Below are positions 1 through 12,485 of a stretch of DNA of 64,000 nucleotides, piece after piece (the first letter of the stretch is position 1; each line of letters begins with the position of its first letter). The position numbers were made by a program, and so were the translations under genes. This DNA is from Paraphysomonas bandaiensis. Lineage: Eukaryota > Protista > Chrysophyceae. The notes under the pieces are model-generated. The model ran no database searches and was not told the origin of the DNA. It saw only the letters and a list, made by a program, of their open reading frames with translations. The stretch is from the NCBI GenBank assembly GCA_965644295.1, contig CBFFRP010000427.1, positions 83,167-147,166 on the forward strand. The letters are read 5' to 3'.

Positions 1-65
1 ACGTTAGTTTCTCGAAGAAATCTCTCCGTTACTTATCCCTCAGAAAACCACGACAAGGTGCGAGT
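1..65 (-). mobile_element. Head of the dispersed non-autonomous retroposon family (rest lies left of the window)
   Basis: acgttagtttc..gaaatctctccgttacttatccctcagaa..ccacgacaaggtgcgagt is near-identical to 4245-4311 and similar to 27246-27309. Confidence 0.75.
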
Positions 66-449
66 CTAGGATTGTGACTATCTAATATGTTATACAGTGA
101 TTGATTGTAGTGAGAGTATGTTGTAGTGAATGACAATTTAGCTTTAGAATAAAGTTTTACTAATAGAATATTCAGTGTGTTCAATGTTCACACTTACTTC
201 AGTTCTAGCCATCCTAAAGTCTAATCCAGGTAGTTTATAGCTTAATATGTATATTGTTACAAGTGGATCTAGTGTAACAATATAGATTATAGTATACTTT
301 GTGAGCTCGTGGGTGGTACTACTTTACGAATTATAAGCAGTGACATTGATTGCAGTGGAACTACATTCGAAGGCTTAGTGGTGCATTAATGTACTGACTA
401 ATATAGACTGATGTGAAATCAGCACATTGGTGAGAAATGTTTAATTATC

Positions 450-1100
450 AAATACAAAAGAAATAGTAGCTAGCTGGAGAACCAATTGCGCACTTTGCTA
501 CAAAATTCTATTAAACACAGTCTCCTGTATATTAAATCAAGGCGAATCTTGTTCGAGCCTGAGGCACTTGGAATTTAAAGTAACTAGACTACGGACATGG
601 TAAATGTATCGATTTCCTTTCAAAGTAGTTGCTACTCACTCGCATACATAAGCAATAATATGCGTCCACTTCGCATCTGCACTTTGCCAATAAAAAAGGT
701 CAATTGGGAAGTGAAGTTGGACACAGCATGTCCCACTTCTCTGAAAATATTTCTCCTCCACATGACAGTAGAGCCGTCTTTAAATGATACTACCATAACA
801 TAAGTGTACTCAAAATCGACAATATCAAGTTTTCATCTCGGAACAATGGAATATATCGGAATAATTCCCAGTGAGATCTATACTCGTTTTTGTGTAGCAC
901 AACAGCAAAGACAAATCGCCCATGACTTTCTACGTATCGATAAGAGTCGCAGAATCCGGTCGGCATAATCTTAAATCGCTCTCTGTTTAAGTATAAATTT
1001 ACGCTGAACGTTACCTTTGTCGTCTTCGTGAACAACAGTAAGCTGCAGAGGAGTAATATCTTCTTGTGCGTGTCCTTGGACTGAACAAGGCGCCCCTGGC
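450..1100 (-). pseudogene. Possible very old hAT transposase relic
   Basis: Broken minus-strand translations (HGRFVFAVVL..LFRYIPLFRDE; LNSKCLRLEQDSP*FNIQETVFNRI) loosely resemble hAT transposase segments and the relic at 4550-5400. Weak. Confidence 0.3.
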
Positions 1101-1643
1101 CCACTGTTTGGATGGTATAACAAACCTATCAGGAATAACCCTTAGAGTGTAACCTGAATTTTAATTATTATGAGCAAGGGCAGCGATGATCATCCATCTC
1201 TCCTGCTACACGACTCGTGAGATTGTAGAAAACATCCATCACATCACTGAAGCTTTCATTCGTTATATGAGGATGGTGTGAAACACTGTAGATCACATTA
1301 GCGGATCATACGAGATTGAAAGCAGTGACTCTGATGAGGACACTGACTGTGACCCCAGAAGGAATACCTCCATATCTGAGATCTCAGTAATATACGTACG
1401 TATTCCGTAATACTGGGATCTCATAGCATATGAAGTGTTGGTATTTTTGTGTGGTATATTTATACAAAGAGTGCCATATGAGTGCGGCACTCCACTGCTG
1501 TATCCATCCCTCGCAATTGCAGTGAACTGGTTCAGTTCAGAGTGTACTGAGTGAAATAGGTCACATTCATTTCACCCGCTAAGCCAGAAACATCCCAGCA
1601 CACATTCGCTGAATCCTCACCATTAATCTTTCCATATATAGTC

Positions 1644-3389
1644 ATGAAAGGAAGCAGTAATCAGAGGATGGATGTCATCTCTGCAGTTCGATTTTACGTC
1701 GATAAAATAGTTGGAGACCCGGCCATTTCTGGTAATGATCAAATTATTAGTCACTCATTGTTTAATGTGTATATATTAGGAATGAAAGCACTTATTTTGG
1801 ACCCTGTAACTACGCAAGTGGTAAGCATGGTGTACTCGCAAACTCAGATATTAGAAAAAGAGGTGTATCTTGTTGAGGTGCTGGGAAATCGTCACGAAGC
1901 AATGAATCACTTAAAGGCTGCACTCTACCTGCAGCCCTCTGAATCGAATATTGACATGCTTTGTCGAGAACTCCGTGAGCCACAGTTTTCGGAATATCAT
2001 ATATTCTTTTCGAATATTATTTCTCAAGATATGCTGAATCGTCTCGGGCGAGCAGATGAACATGAGGTGGTCCGACAGGTTCAAGAGTACTATGCCGAAT
2101 TCTTGTCTATAAATGACGATTTTTTTCACCTTGGTGTGGGCAATAGTCTTGTCCTTTCTTCATCTGTAGGAAGATCCTTGGAGGCTGGAAGAATATTTGA
2201 AAGAAACGTTCATGGAATTCTTTCTGCACTTCTTGCGCTTCGCCGTCGTCCGTCGCAGATTCGTTACCAGGCTGCTTCAGACCTCGCCCGTCGAGTGGCA
2301 TCAGAGATTGTGACGGAAATTGAACGAGATGATGTTTTTGATTTCCGACGCCAGGAGGGTCCCCTTCTCCTCATCCTGGACAGACGAGACGACCCGATTA
2401 CTCCGCTACTCACACAGTGGACGTACCAGGCAATGGTTCACGAGCTTTTGGGTCTTAACAATAACCGTGTGGTGCTCCGAGGAGCGCCTGGGATTCGTAA
2501 AGACCTTGAGGAGGTCGTCATTTCATCCACTCAGGACCCGTTTTTCGCAAAACACCGATTTGCAAACTTCGGAGACTTAGGAACTGCTGTAAAACAGCTC
2601 TTGGATGAGTACCAGCGCAATGCCAAGATGAATGAGAACATTCAGTCGATAGAAGACATGCAGGCATTCATGGAGCGCTACCCGGCCTTCCGCTCTCATG
2701 CGATCAATGTCTCCAAGCACGTCGCACTAATGAGTGAGCTGGCACGACTTACGGATGTCTGCCACCTCCTTGACATATCGGCACTGGAGCAAGAAATTTC
2801 ATGCTCTTCTGATCACAGCACCCATAAACAGGAGTTGTTTGATAAAATTGCTTCACCGGCTGTGCAGAAGGCGGACAAACTCCGCCTCGCACTTCTTTAT
2901 ATTATCCGTTATGAGCAGTACGAGGAATTGGGACAGATAAAGGCGGCGTTAGTAGATCATGGTGTCGACAGAGTTCCACTGCTGGATGCTATGTTGCAGT
3001 ATGCAGGGGAGGCCCGTCGTGCCCCAGGTTTGTTTTCCCAAGGGGGTATTCTTGGCAAGATTGGGAAAACCATATCTTCCACAGTCAACGGAGTGGAAAA
3101 TGTATACACGCAGCATGTCCCACTGCTCCAAACTATCCTGGAGTCTATTAGCAAGGGGAAAATCAAGGACTCTGCTTTTCCTCTTATTACACCTGCATCC
3201 GCAGCTGGAAGCCGTCCTGGTGAAGTTATCGTGTTCATAGTAGGCGGTGCAACTTACGAGGAAGCCCTCACCGTAGCGGACTTCAATAATGCGAATCCCT
3301 CAATGAGAGTGGTATTAGGCGGATCGTGTGTTCATAACTCGATGAGCTTCCTTGAAGAACTGAATAACTCCTTTGGTCTGGGTCGGTAG
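1644..3389 (+). CDS. VPS45: Vacuolar protein sorting 45 (Sec1/Munc18 family); one in-frame intron 1732-1779
   Basis: Motifs GMKALILD, ILEKEVYLV, LLILDRRDDPITPLLTQWTYQAMVHELLG, VENVYTQHVP, VFIVGGATYEE. Removing the 48-nt GT..AG intron restores ISG|MKALILD. Confidence 0.95.
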   Translation: MKGSSNQRMDVISAVRFYVDKIVGDPAISGNDQIISHSLFNVYILGMKALILDPVTTQVVSMVYSQTQILEKEVYLVEVLGNRHEAMNHLKAALYLQPSESNIDMLCRELREPQFSEYHIFFSNIISQDMLNRLGRADEHEVVRQVQEYYAEFLSINDDFFHLGVGNSLVLSSSVGRSLEAGRIFERNVHGILSALLALRRRPSQIRYQAASDLARRVASEIVTEIERDDVFDFRRQEGPLLLILDRRDDPITPLLTQWTYQAMVHELLGLNNNRVVLRGAPGIRKDLEEVVISSTQDPFFAKHRFANFGDLGTAVKQLLDEYQRNAKMNENIQSIEDMQAFMERYPAFRSHAINVSKHVALMSELARLTDVCHLLDISALEQEISCSSDHSTHKQELFDKIASPAVQKADKLRLALLYIIRYEQYEELGQIKAALVDHGVDRVPLLDAMLQYAGEARRAPGLFSQGGILGKIGKTISSTVNGVENVYTQHVPLLQTILESISKGKIKDSAFPLITPASAAGSRPGEVIVFIVGGATYEEALTVADFNNANPSMRVVLGGSCVHNSMSFLEELNNSFGLGR

Positions 3390-3807
3390 ATCCTACATAT
3401 TTGATTGGTTGGCGTAGTTCAGACCCGTATGTGGCAGCAATTAAACTGCAAGAAGTTGGTACCGGATATTAATATCATCTTACAATTTCATTAGTAGGAC
3501 AATCTTTTTCACACCGGTAACTAAAAAACATTTTATCTATGCAGCACAGTACTATGGTAAAATCTATCTATAGTGAATAGCAGGAGACAGGATATGGGGT
3601 AACCTACAAGGAGCTACAGTTCCTCGAAACTTTAGTTCCACATACCACATATATGGGAAACTAAAAAATCATAGTATTACTTTGATCAAATCCTTTTAAA
3701 CAGCACTATACTGTATGTGACTAGCGACTAGGAAATGTTATATATTGATTGGTCTACCGGCTAGAAGCAAATACCCTTGTTGTTATAGTCAAGATAGCTT
3801 ACAATAC

Positions 3808-4311
3808 ATTAGTGAATGTATGAGTATTAACAATAGGTATGTAAGAGTGCTTAACTCTGATATACTACTATTTGGCGCGACGAAAGCTGCTTGTGCGTCA
3901 CCGCAAGCACCAAGGTGCAACCACTTTTCTCTATCACTCAAAACAAACGCAGTAGCAAGCAGAATGTTTATATATCTGACATCTGTTAACTTCAGGATTT
4001 TAGAGTCCTTAACATAAACAACCCAGAGGCTTGATTTCAGCAGGCAGGGCAACCCCCGGATTCCCTTGAGGTAGACCCATTCCTGGATGCGTGACTTCAG
4101 CAGGCATCCCAATACCTTGGATTTCTGTTTATTCGTCAGGACCCAACAACGTCTACACAAGTGACACTAATTAGTGTCCCTTGTGCCACACAAGCATTCG
4201 GCTATGTGGGCAGTACTTCATCTGTTGACTGTATATGCGGCTCACGTTAGTTTCCCGCAGAAATCTCTCCGTTACTACTTATCCCTCAGAACACCACGAC
4301 AAGGTGCGAGT
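3808..4311 (-). mobile_element. Full-length copy of a non-autonomous retroposon (SINE-like, shares LINE 3' tail)
   Basis: Colinear similarity with 26905-27309. The tail (reverse complement of gaaagctgcttgtgcgtcaccgcaagcaccaaggtgcaaccactt) matches the LINE 3' end near 8919-8985. Confidence 0.75.
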
Positions 4312-4373
4312 CCGACTTTGTTGAGGGTATTGACTTCTCAAAGCCTATTGAAAATTATAACACATTCACCACT

Positions 4374-4475
4374 AGCAGCTTTTCGTAGCGTTAAATAGTA
4401 GGATACTATCAGAGTTAAGCACTGACTCTTAAACGCCTATTGCTACAGTAATTATAAGACGTTTACTACTAGTGA
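4374..4475 (+). mobile_element. 3'-tail-only copy of the same retroposon family
   Basis: agcagcttttcgtagcgttaaatagtaggata..actcttaaacgcctattgcta..agacgtttactact matches the tails at 8955-9105 and 16160-16255. Confidence 0.7.
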
Positions 4476-4549
4476 GATGATATGCACATTAAGACGCTAG
4501 ATATGGGGCAGGAATGTTCTGTGACAATCGGTACTTACAAAAAGGCTGC

Positions 4550-5400
4550 TTACTGATTATGCATAAAAACATATTCTCAGGAGCTGCAAATGATCAGGAG
4601 CCATATACTCTATACTCTTGTGCTAATCAGTTCTAACAATTTGAGCTCTACTGAATAATCTTTTAATATATTTGTTGTGATATGCAAGTACTGCAGACTG
4701 TGGCATCGAGTCTTCATGTTAAGGCGTGTTTGCTTCCGTTGCCTGTTATCACCATTTAAACACGGCACTGTGTAGAGATCTTGAACTAGATCCTCTCACT
4801 GTCATCATCGCTTTCTTTATATAGGTCTTTTCTATCGGGGATAGTTTTGTTGCCATCTTTTATCTTCACAGCAATCTTTTCGAAAGGGGTGCTATGAATA
4901 GTAGCAACAATGTCACCCACATAACGCCCGCCAATAGGGTGCTTTGTGATGCGTTTGCCATTCATCGTACGAACGTTGAAGAAATCTGGCACTAATTTTC
5001 ACATTTCTTCTGTAATTCCATTGACATAAGTACATTAATCGTCCCATAATATTGAACTAGCTGTTTTCATATGGAATTAGATTTAACATGTCAGAGTCCA
5101 CATGATTGTAATGGTCAGAGAGAAACCAACAGCGGTCGATCATTACAGATGGGGAGCCCCATCTGGTATCTTGTTTAATTACTGCGCATAAAAGGTCTTT
5201 TTCTTACTGATCTTACTATCATACTCTTTAGATTTCATAACTTAGTCAGTCAACATATTTACCAAGCTTGCTGAATACCTATATTTGAAATAAACAGGAT
5301 AATAGCCAGATTTAATATGTGACTTACATAGCCAATGAGCAATATAGACTTGCCAATCAAAATTCCAATTAAGTGTGCCTATTTGTGAATGCTATAATTT
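4550..5400 (-). pseudogene. Degenerate hAT transposase (middle to C-terminus)
   Basis: Frameshifted minus-strand pieces occur in hAT order: LIGYVSHILNLAI (CxxH box), QDTRWGSPSVMIDR, FNVRTM..HSTPFEKIAVKI, KRLFSRAQIVRTD*..MAPDHLQLL. The last two align with the ORF at 28107-28766. Confidence 0.75.
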
Positions 5401-5686
5401 TTATTGTCTCCCGAAATAAATTCAGTAGCGTTGAGTAAATGATGATTCATTATTCACCATCATATCATCATGAAAGATTCAGAACTGCTGCATATGTCTG
5501 AATTACTGGTTAATGTCATCAATAAGACTTTTCCTATCGATAATATACGTGCGCTAGTAGTACATATTCTTAATGGAACGGCAGCAACGAACCTAGAAAC
5601 GTGAATCATACAATCCGCAATTCATCAAAGGTCTCATCATAAAACAACACACATATTCTACCCACTATTGAGATACTAATTATACT

Positions 5687-6938
5687 TTATTCAGCAGCAA
5701 ACACAGAAGGCTTTTGTAACATGAAATCATTTATCCAAGGTGAACATCTGTCAAATTGATGAACTACAGGTGCAACACTATTCGTAAACCTATTCAGTAG
5801 AAACCCTTCTTCATTTCGGGGAATTAAATCAGTCGCACCAGATTTTTTCGCTTTCGTTTTACATGCTTTTCCCACTGTTAACACTGGTCCCATTCCCCAA
5901 GGAATAGTCACTGTTCTGTTTAACTCCCCAAATTTCCCGTGGTAATATAACCAATTCATAGTCCATTGATCCGTGGTTGACGGTGAGCGACACTTATGGT
6001 TGCTTTTACGGTTGTTGGCATAGAATTCCGCCACTAAAACCGAGAGAAAATGTAGCATACCCCTTCGGGTCCCCAAAACTGTGCCTGAGCACAGTACAGG
6101 TCGAGCTTCATATATGTCAAAGGATTCGCGACCGTAGCAAGGCACAGTATGAACCGAGTTGATAGGATTGCCTGCAACAAAAGAACGACTAGGGTCATCT
6201 GAAGGGGAAGTGTACGGGGATATCTCCTCTATAAATATTGTATCGATACTCGATGTGTGAGCACTTCCTAAATCACGAAACTAACGTCCGTAGTGATTAA
6301 CTAGTGTATAGATAAACATATGTCTACCCACTCACCGGATGATCCTGAAAGAAAGCATCCCGTACATCCATTACCATTGCCCACCCCGTGCAGGTATCGC
6401 ATTGCTCCATCCATCGGCGTGCCATCTCGAACCTCCCCCATTCCAGTTTCAAATCAGGTATATCCGCAGAGCACTTTCCTCGCACGCCGACAATCACTTC
6501 CTTACTATCGGGGTTGATGAGCGCTGACTCATGACACTCTACAGCCTGTACTGCATAGAAAGTGACATTCTGTCGTTTCAAATACTCAACTTCACTGAGA
6601 GATATCTGAGGGTGGACCCCTAGTATGATATGCCCATCATAACCATAGTATCGTAGTGACCCCACAAAGCGTCGAAATCCCTTTATAAACCCTCTATAGG
6701 ACGCCAGACCCATCACCACATCCCTCCCCACCACCTCTGCTCGGTGAATCAAGTTATTGGGTGGTGAATATGGAGGTATAGATATGTTTATCATGGGAGA
6801 GTAGAGGACAGGGTCGTTTATATACGACATGAACTCATCTGTCTTTAGAACACTAGGATTAAACATAGACTGATAGGTGGATGGAGATGATAAGGCAGGT
6901 GATAACCATGCCAGTAGAGGAGTGAAAAAGAGAATCAT
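5687..6938 (-). CDS. Secreted uncharacterised protein (~398 aa), glycosyltransferase-like; intron 6281-6335
   Basis: Signal peptide MILFFTPLLAWLSPALS. A 55-nt gtgagt..ttag intron joins the two ORFs in frame (..DVRDAFFQDHP|FRDLG..). Contains DxxD-FFQ, LCSGTVLG, TDQ and VVHQFDR motifs. Confidence 0.75.
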
Positions 6939-7739
6939 AGCTTGGAATGGACCTAATGGATCTGTGGGCCTGTCTCCCTATATGTATATATAGCTATGGT
7001 GAAGATAGCGGAGTGCAGTGTACAGTATATACTGGCTGTATATAGCAGTCACTGGACATATGCAGCATGTACGTGTATGATGTATATGTATCTATAAACT
7101 ACACACTCCCCCTACCGTAATACACAAAGGTGTACCTGCATCCTGCACACAGTTGTCTCGAGTATACCGCACACAAGAAAGATCGTGCTGGTCTCATGGA
7201 TTGCAGAAAAGTAGCAGCCAAGTATAGCCTTTTAACTGGTAGTCCGCTCTAGACTGTACATCGAAGCCAATTTCTATTCATAGTATCCTCCTGAGTGATA
7301 TGAGTTGTTGCAACTGCTCAATGGATAAACTTCAGTGTATCATACTGCAATGATGGTCCATTCATATGCACCTTAAGCGCCGCCTAAAATGTCGCCTTTC
7401 TCTATATGCTACGAAGAGTGCACTTTGAAGGTGCCTCCAAAGCCTTGAGATTAGAGAATGAACTCCAATCACTCCTATCTTATATTGATCGTAATATTAT
7501 TGCGAGGGTCAGCATTAACGATTCCGCAACGCGTTTAGAGTATGTGTGTACTGTGCTGAAATATATTGGAACATTTAAAATGTTAGTATGTTGGAGCCAG
7601 TAAGGGTGACTTAGGTCAAGGTGTAGTGGACTTTGATAGAGTATATGATTTATATTGGGATGTGAAAGAAGTAGTGTGGGATTTAGAGACTGAATGATAC
7701 AAAACTTGTATAACTAGGAGCCATTATACAAAATGCTGT

Positions 7740-8344
7740 GCTTCATGCTGTTGCAACGAGTTTGCTGGTGAAGACGTGCTCGCTTCCGCTGCCTGCTATC
7801 ATCAATCTAACGTTGAGCTGAGTCGTCATTCTGAACTAGACTCTCACTGCAATCATCCATCAACGCTTCTTGCTGCATGTCCATCCATCAGCAATCAAAC
7901 ACAAATGCATTGGAAGCATTATTGCTTTGATCTTGTATTCGACCTCTAAGTCCAAGACTTCCATATACCATATATACCTCATCAATGTTGGTTGATCTCG
8001 TTTATTACTTCTGGTGTTCTGTCGAGTGAATGTTTTCTCCACGAAAGAAAGAGGAAGATAATCTATTATCACTCATTCCAACCAGTGATACTAATTTCAC
8101 GCTTGAGGTGATACTTTGCACTCAGCATATTTATCCATCGCACCACCACCTCGCTGGGCAGCTAACACTTTATCTTTCCATCCCTCGTGCTTGATAGCAT
8201 GCTGCGACATGTTGCTCCACCCATTACCTTTCTTTTGCTTCAGAACACCTTTTCCTACAAGATACTCCCGGAATTGTCTATTGCAACCACTTATTTCTCA
8301 AAGAACACTCGTGCAATGAGTTCTGGTGCCAGTTTATTGCTCAT
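7740..8344 (-). pseudogene. Degenerate, internally deleted hAT transposase (N-terminus fused to a C-terminal piece)
   Basis: KQKKGNGWSNMSQH (BED-like), YHWLE*VIIDYLPLSFVEKTFTRQ, LCLIADGWT (first catalytic Asp). 7740-7858 is similar in DNA to 4690-4810. Confidence 0.7.
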
Positions 8345-8665
8345 ATTGTTGGAATACGTATGGTTCTCTAAGATAGTACTGTAGAATACGTTAAATACAA
8401 TGTGAAGAACAGTAATACGTAGTCAAAGGTACTAGACAGCCATAACTGTGAAACTGAAGTATTGTATCATGACGATTCAAGATACGGAAGTTGAGCTGTG
8501 GTTGATATATGAACAAAATAAATTATCATGTTGTTGACATGTCTTACATGACAACACACGCAATTGTGTATTCAATTATAATAAAGAGTCTATCCAGTTT
8601 AATTACTATAAACTTTTCTTAACGATTATAACTGTTAATATGACCAATAGTCAATACATATTGCA

Positions 8666-9108
8666 CGGCGACGACGTCTCCGGCAACTCCTCCTATGCCC
8701 AACGCCCAGACGGTGCATGGTGACACCGCCACACTCCACCACACCATCAACCTTTCAATCCACACATCTAGTGCTCGGTACACTCAGGACCTTAATACAG
8801 AACCCGGTACCTCAGAGCCAGGCGGAACCTTATCCCAAGGGGAGACCCCCGGACAACACGCACCAGTGAGTCCTCAGACACACGAGCAGGGCGAACTCAC
8901 ACACAACATCAAGAACGGAAGTGGTTGCACCTTGGTGCTTGCGGCGACGCACAAGCAGCTTCTGTAGCGTTAAATAGTAGGATAATAGAATTTGTGCTGA
9001 TTAGTTATGGGTAGAGGTCTAACTAGTAGATCTAGCATTCAACTAGCCACTATATCGGAACGAGTTTTTAACGCCTATTGCTAAATAAAAAGACATTCAA
9101 TAATAATA
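8666..9108 (+). mobile_element. 5'-truncated 3' end of a non-LTR retrotransposon (LINE)
   Basis: 8666-8810 is a close copy of 25121-25245 (end of the LINE ORF). It continues into the family tail aagtggttgcaccttggtgcttgcggcgacgcacaagcagc and ends in agacattc(aat)n. Confidence 0.75.
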
Positions 9109-9634
9109 CATATTGCCAATTAATTAAGTGAATTATTATGTATGATGATCCTATGGATATAAAATCTTTCATCAATTGGTTTTTGCAACTTTCAGTGTGA
9201 AAATATGGCATTTTGATCAATTAATTGAAGCTAGCTGGAGTCAATTATAATTGCAATTATGCGTTGGTGTCCCAATTTCAATAATTGACAATTAATTGAT
9301 ACGCACCCCAGATAGACAGACGCACTGTTTGGCTACCTTCACTACAACTTACGTGTACTGAAAACTAATTCTATCTACATTTATTTTATTTCTCACTATC
9401 GCAGTAAGGTATTCCAGTTTCCACTACTTCTTGCAGCTTTAATATAAGTGACTCAACGTGTCGTTTCCACCTAGCCTTAATGCTAGAGGTAGGAGAAAAG
9501 AAGAGTAATATCTCGCTTTGACAAAGAAGTATATTAATTATGCCTTCACCAGTTCATAGTGGGAACAAGACAGTCAAGTCAGTTCTAGGAAGCAAGGCCT
9601 AAACATATTCTAGGTAAACTAGTAGACGGCTAAT

Positions 9635-12485
9635 CTAATCAACCAACTCTGCCTCCTGAACTCCTTTATAAACTGGAGATCCGCCTGCGTTGAACTGATT
9701 CGCCAATGGGAAATGAGATTGGAATGCCTCGAGAAATGAAGGGGCGGCAGTTTTAATAGAATTGAGGTCAGTGCTCAAAAGCTACAGCCACAAAACAGTT
9801 TACACAACAATAAATAGACTGAATAACATACCTCAAGCGCAGCTGTAGCATTGCTAACAGTTACTCCTCGCTGGCTCCACAAATTCCCGTCTAACATCAA
9901 GGCTGCTGCTCGCTGCTTGTCTCCTGAAAACATCATGACACATCTAGCTGCTGCCACTCGGTGAGGTAAAGTCAACGCGCCACTAGCAGCGAGAGATACG
10001 AAAGCATCACAGTACTGTAAGAGTGCAGTCTCTCCCTCTCCGCCCAGGAGAGCGCAGAGCTTCTCGTGTATTACCTCCTTAACTATATCTGGCATCGACA
10101 GTCCTTCCTCGTTACCAGCTCCGACCTTGAAATACAGTCGCGAAAACTTCAGTAATTGCACAACCATTCCAGGATGATGTGGGTCCAGAGCCAGTCCCTG
10201 GCAAAGAGCTCTCACAGCAAGGGCATATTTGCCTCTCCTGGTCATTACTTCGCAAACCAACTCATAAGTCTTGGGGTCCTTGCACCGGTGTCTGGTCAAG
10301 TATTCAGACCATCGCCCAGCCTCTTCGAGTGGGTCTTTTTCTAGCAGCTTCGCGCCATTTGGATCGTCATCTTTAGAAACTGCTTTTTTGCTCCCTTTCT
10401 TATCCTCTCCACCACCATCAGCAGCAGATGCTTCTTTCTTCTTCAGCTTCTTTTGTTTAGCCTTCTCCTTTTTGCGTTCAGCAGCAGTCATGGTAGAGAG
10501 GTCATTGCTCTCAGTAACAGTCTCATTTTCTGATGAATCTAATCGGCGCAACAACACACGCAATGCACCTTGACCAGCTCTCTGGAAAAACTTATGGGCT
10601 AGAATATTGTCGAGATTCGCCACAGAGTCTAGGTAAGCGCGAAGAGTTGACTACAAATTATAGTAGTCAGATTACATAAAATGAGAAGTGATATAACACA
10701 CTACACAGCAAGACAAAGAAAAGTCATATTCAAGCATCTTCACATGCATACCTTTCGGATACAGAATCCGTGGAAGTCAAACTGATCCTCCATAAAGTCA
10801 GTGAAATGTTTTTCGACTGCGTAATACTTCTTTAGTGCCGGTCCCCACTTTTTCAAACGCTCATAGGCTTGGCCAACTTCGATCTCGTACCATATGCACT
10901 GAAGGTCATAAAGCATTTTCTCTGAGTCCCCATCGTGCTTTGTGAACATGGCTATTGTGTCCATGCCCTCCTGCACTCGATTCGCTCGCAGGAAATACTT
11001 CGTTGCCTTGTTGTTTACATATCTATCCTGTAGGTCAAGGGAACGATTGTAATCCATCGCTTCTGCAGCACCCATGTAATCACCAGCAAGTTTTAGAATG
11101 CGCGCACGTTTGTAGAGGCAGTCGAGACTTGTCGGTGTGTGATCAATGGCCCGCTCTATGTCCCTCAAAGCCTGTGGGAATCTACCACATGCCCCATGCA
11201 TGTGACATCGTAAAAATAGTGCCCACATTAGAGTCGTTGGTACCTCTCTCTCCGATTCGGCACTCGGAGAAGGTTCAAACGTTCCGTTTGCTGATAGATT
11301 CGTAATGTATCCATCCAACAAATCCATCACTATAGCAGTGGTGGGGTGCGCTCTGTAGTCCACGGCATCTGTTGCATACACAGTACGGGAAGATTTGTGC
11401 AGAGGATCAGGCACACGGATGAGTGCACAAATATCATTATACAGACTCGGTTTTCCTGCACGAATAGCAGCACGCATAAAATCGTCTAAGCTGCGACGAA
11501 AGCTTTCCCCAGTACACAAGTCGAGTTGGATTTTCGTTCTCGATGACGACGAGGGAATGGACTCCTCATACTCCCTACGCAACTTATCTCGCTGGCATTC
11601 CGAAAGTTGCAGGACAGTGGATGGAAGCTCTAGGCGCTTAAGTTGAAGCATATTTGTGCTGAGCGCTGAATCGAGTTCAAGAGCTGCAACTTGAAACCCG
11701 GAGTGGAAACGATAATTGTCAGGTTGCTCAGTCAGAAGGGATAGCCAACTATCCCGTGCTTCATCGTGCCTACCAAGCTTAGTCAAGAGCTCAGCTCTCT
11801 TCACCTTACATGAAAGAACATCTACAATTTGCTCGCGATTATCATCTAAGTGCTGCACAGCTTCTGTAAACATGCAGCGCTCCTCAAAACACTTGTTTTG
11901 GAAAAGCAAGAGCTCGCTGTGTTCATACGGAATTTTCTCTTCGTTAGATGATTCCAAGAACGACACAACGACATCATTTGCAGTGCTGTAATCACCATTG
12001 AAATAATTAGCAACAGCGTAAGACAACCACTGAACCTTCACACTCGGTTTGAGAACGAGAAGTTTTCGTCTGGTCTCTGCGAATCCAGCCATATCACGCA
12101 TTTGAACTTGCAAGTAGGATAAGTCACGAAGGATATTTTGGTTGTCCTTGTCAATTCTCAGCGCATTTAGATAGCACTTGATGGCTTCTTTATAGTTCCT
12201 ATCTGATCTATACAACAAGCCAAACACATGCCAACAGACATGACTCCGGACATCATTTTTTAATCCACATTTGACCAGTTCATAGGCCTCCTCCTTCTTC
12301 TCCATGCAGTTTAGGATCAAACCCTTCATCGCCTGTGTCTCTCCATGGTTGGGAAACTTCTTCAATATCCCATCCGCATTCTTGATTCCTTTTTTGTACT
12401 GCTTCTGTTCATAGCATTTAATTAACGATCGGAACAAATCATTCTCTTTCTTGGGCAGTGAGCGGTCATTTGCACTACTGGACAT
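9635..12485 (-). CDS. NAA15: N-alpha-acetyltransferase NatA auxiliary subunit; introns 10651-10751 and 9782-9831
   Basis: LPKKENDLFRSLIKCYEQKQYKKG, HGETQAMKGL, SHVCWHVFGLLYRSD, AIDHTPT, LDLQDRYVN, EDQFDFHGFCIRK|STLRAY, DDDPNG. The last exon ends FPLANQF..ELVD*. Confidence 0.95.

Noticed and set aside
4115-4145. Hammerhead-like CTGACGA..GAAA on the minus strand of the retroposon
   Set aside because: There is no stem II, and the copy near 27150 reads TTGACGA..GGAT, so the core is not conserved.
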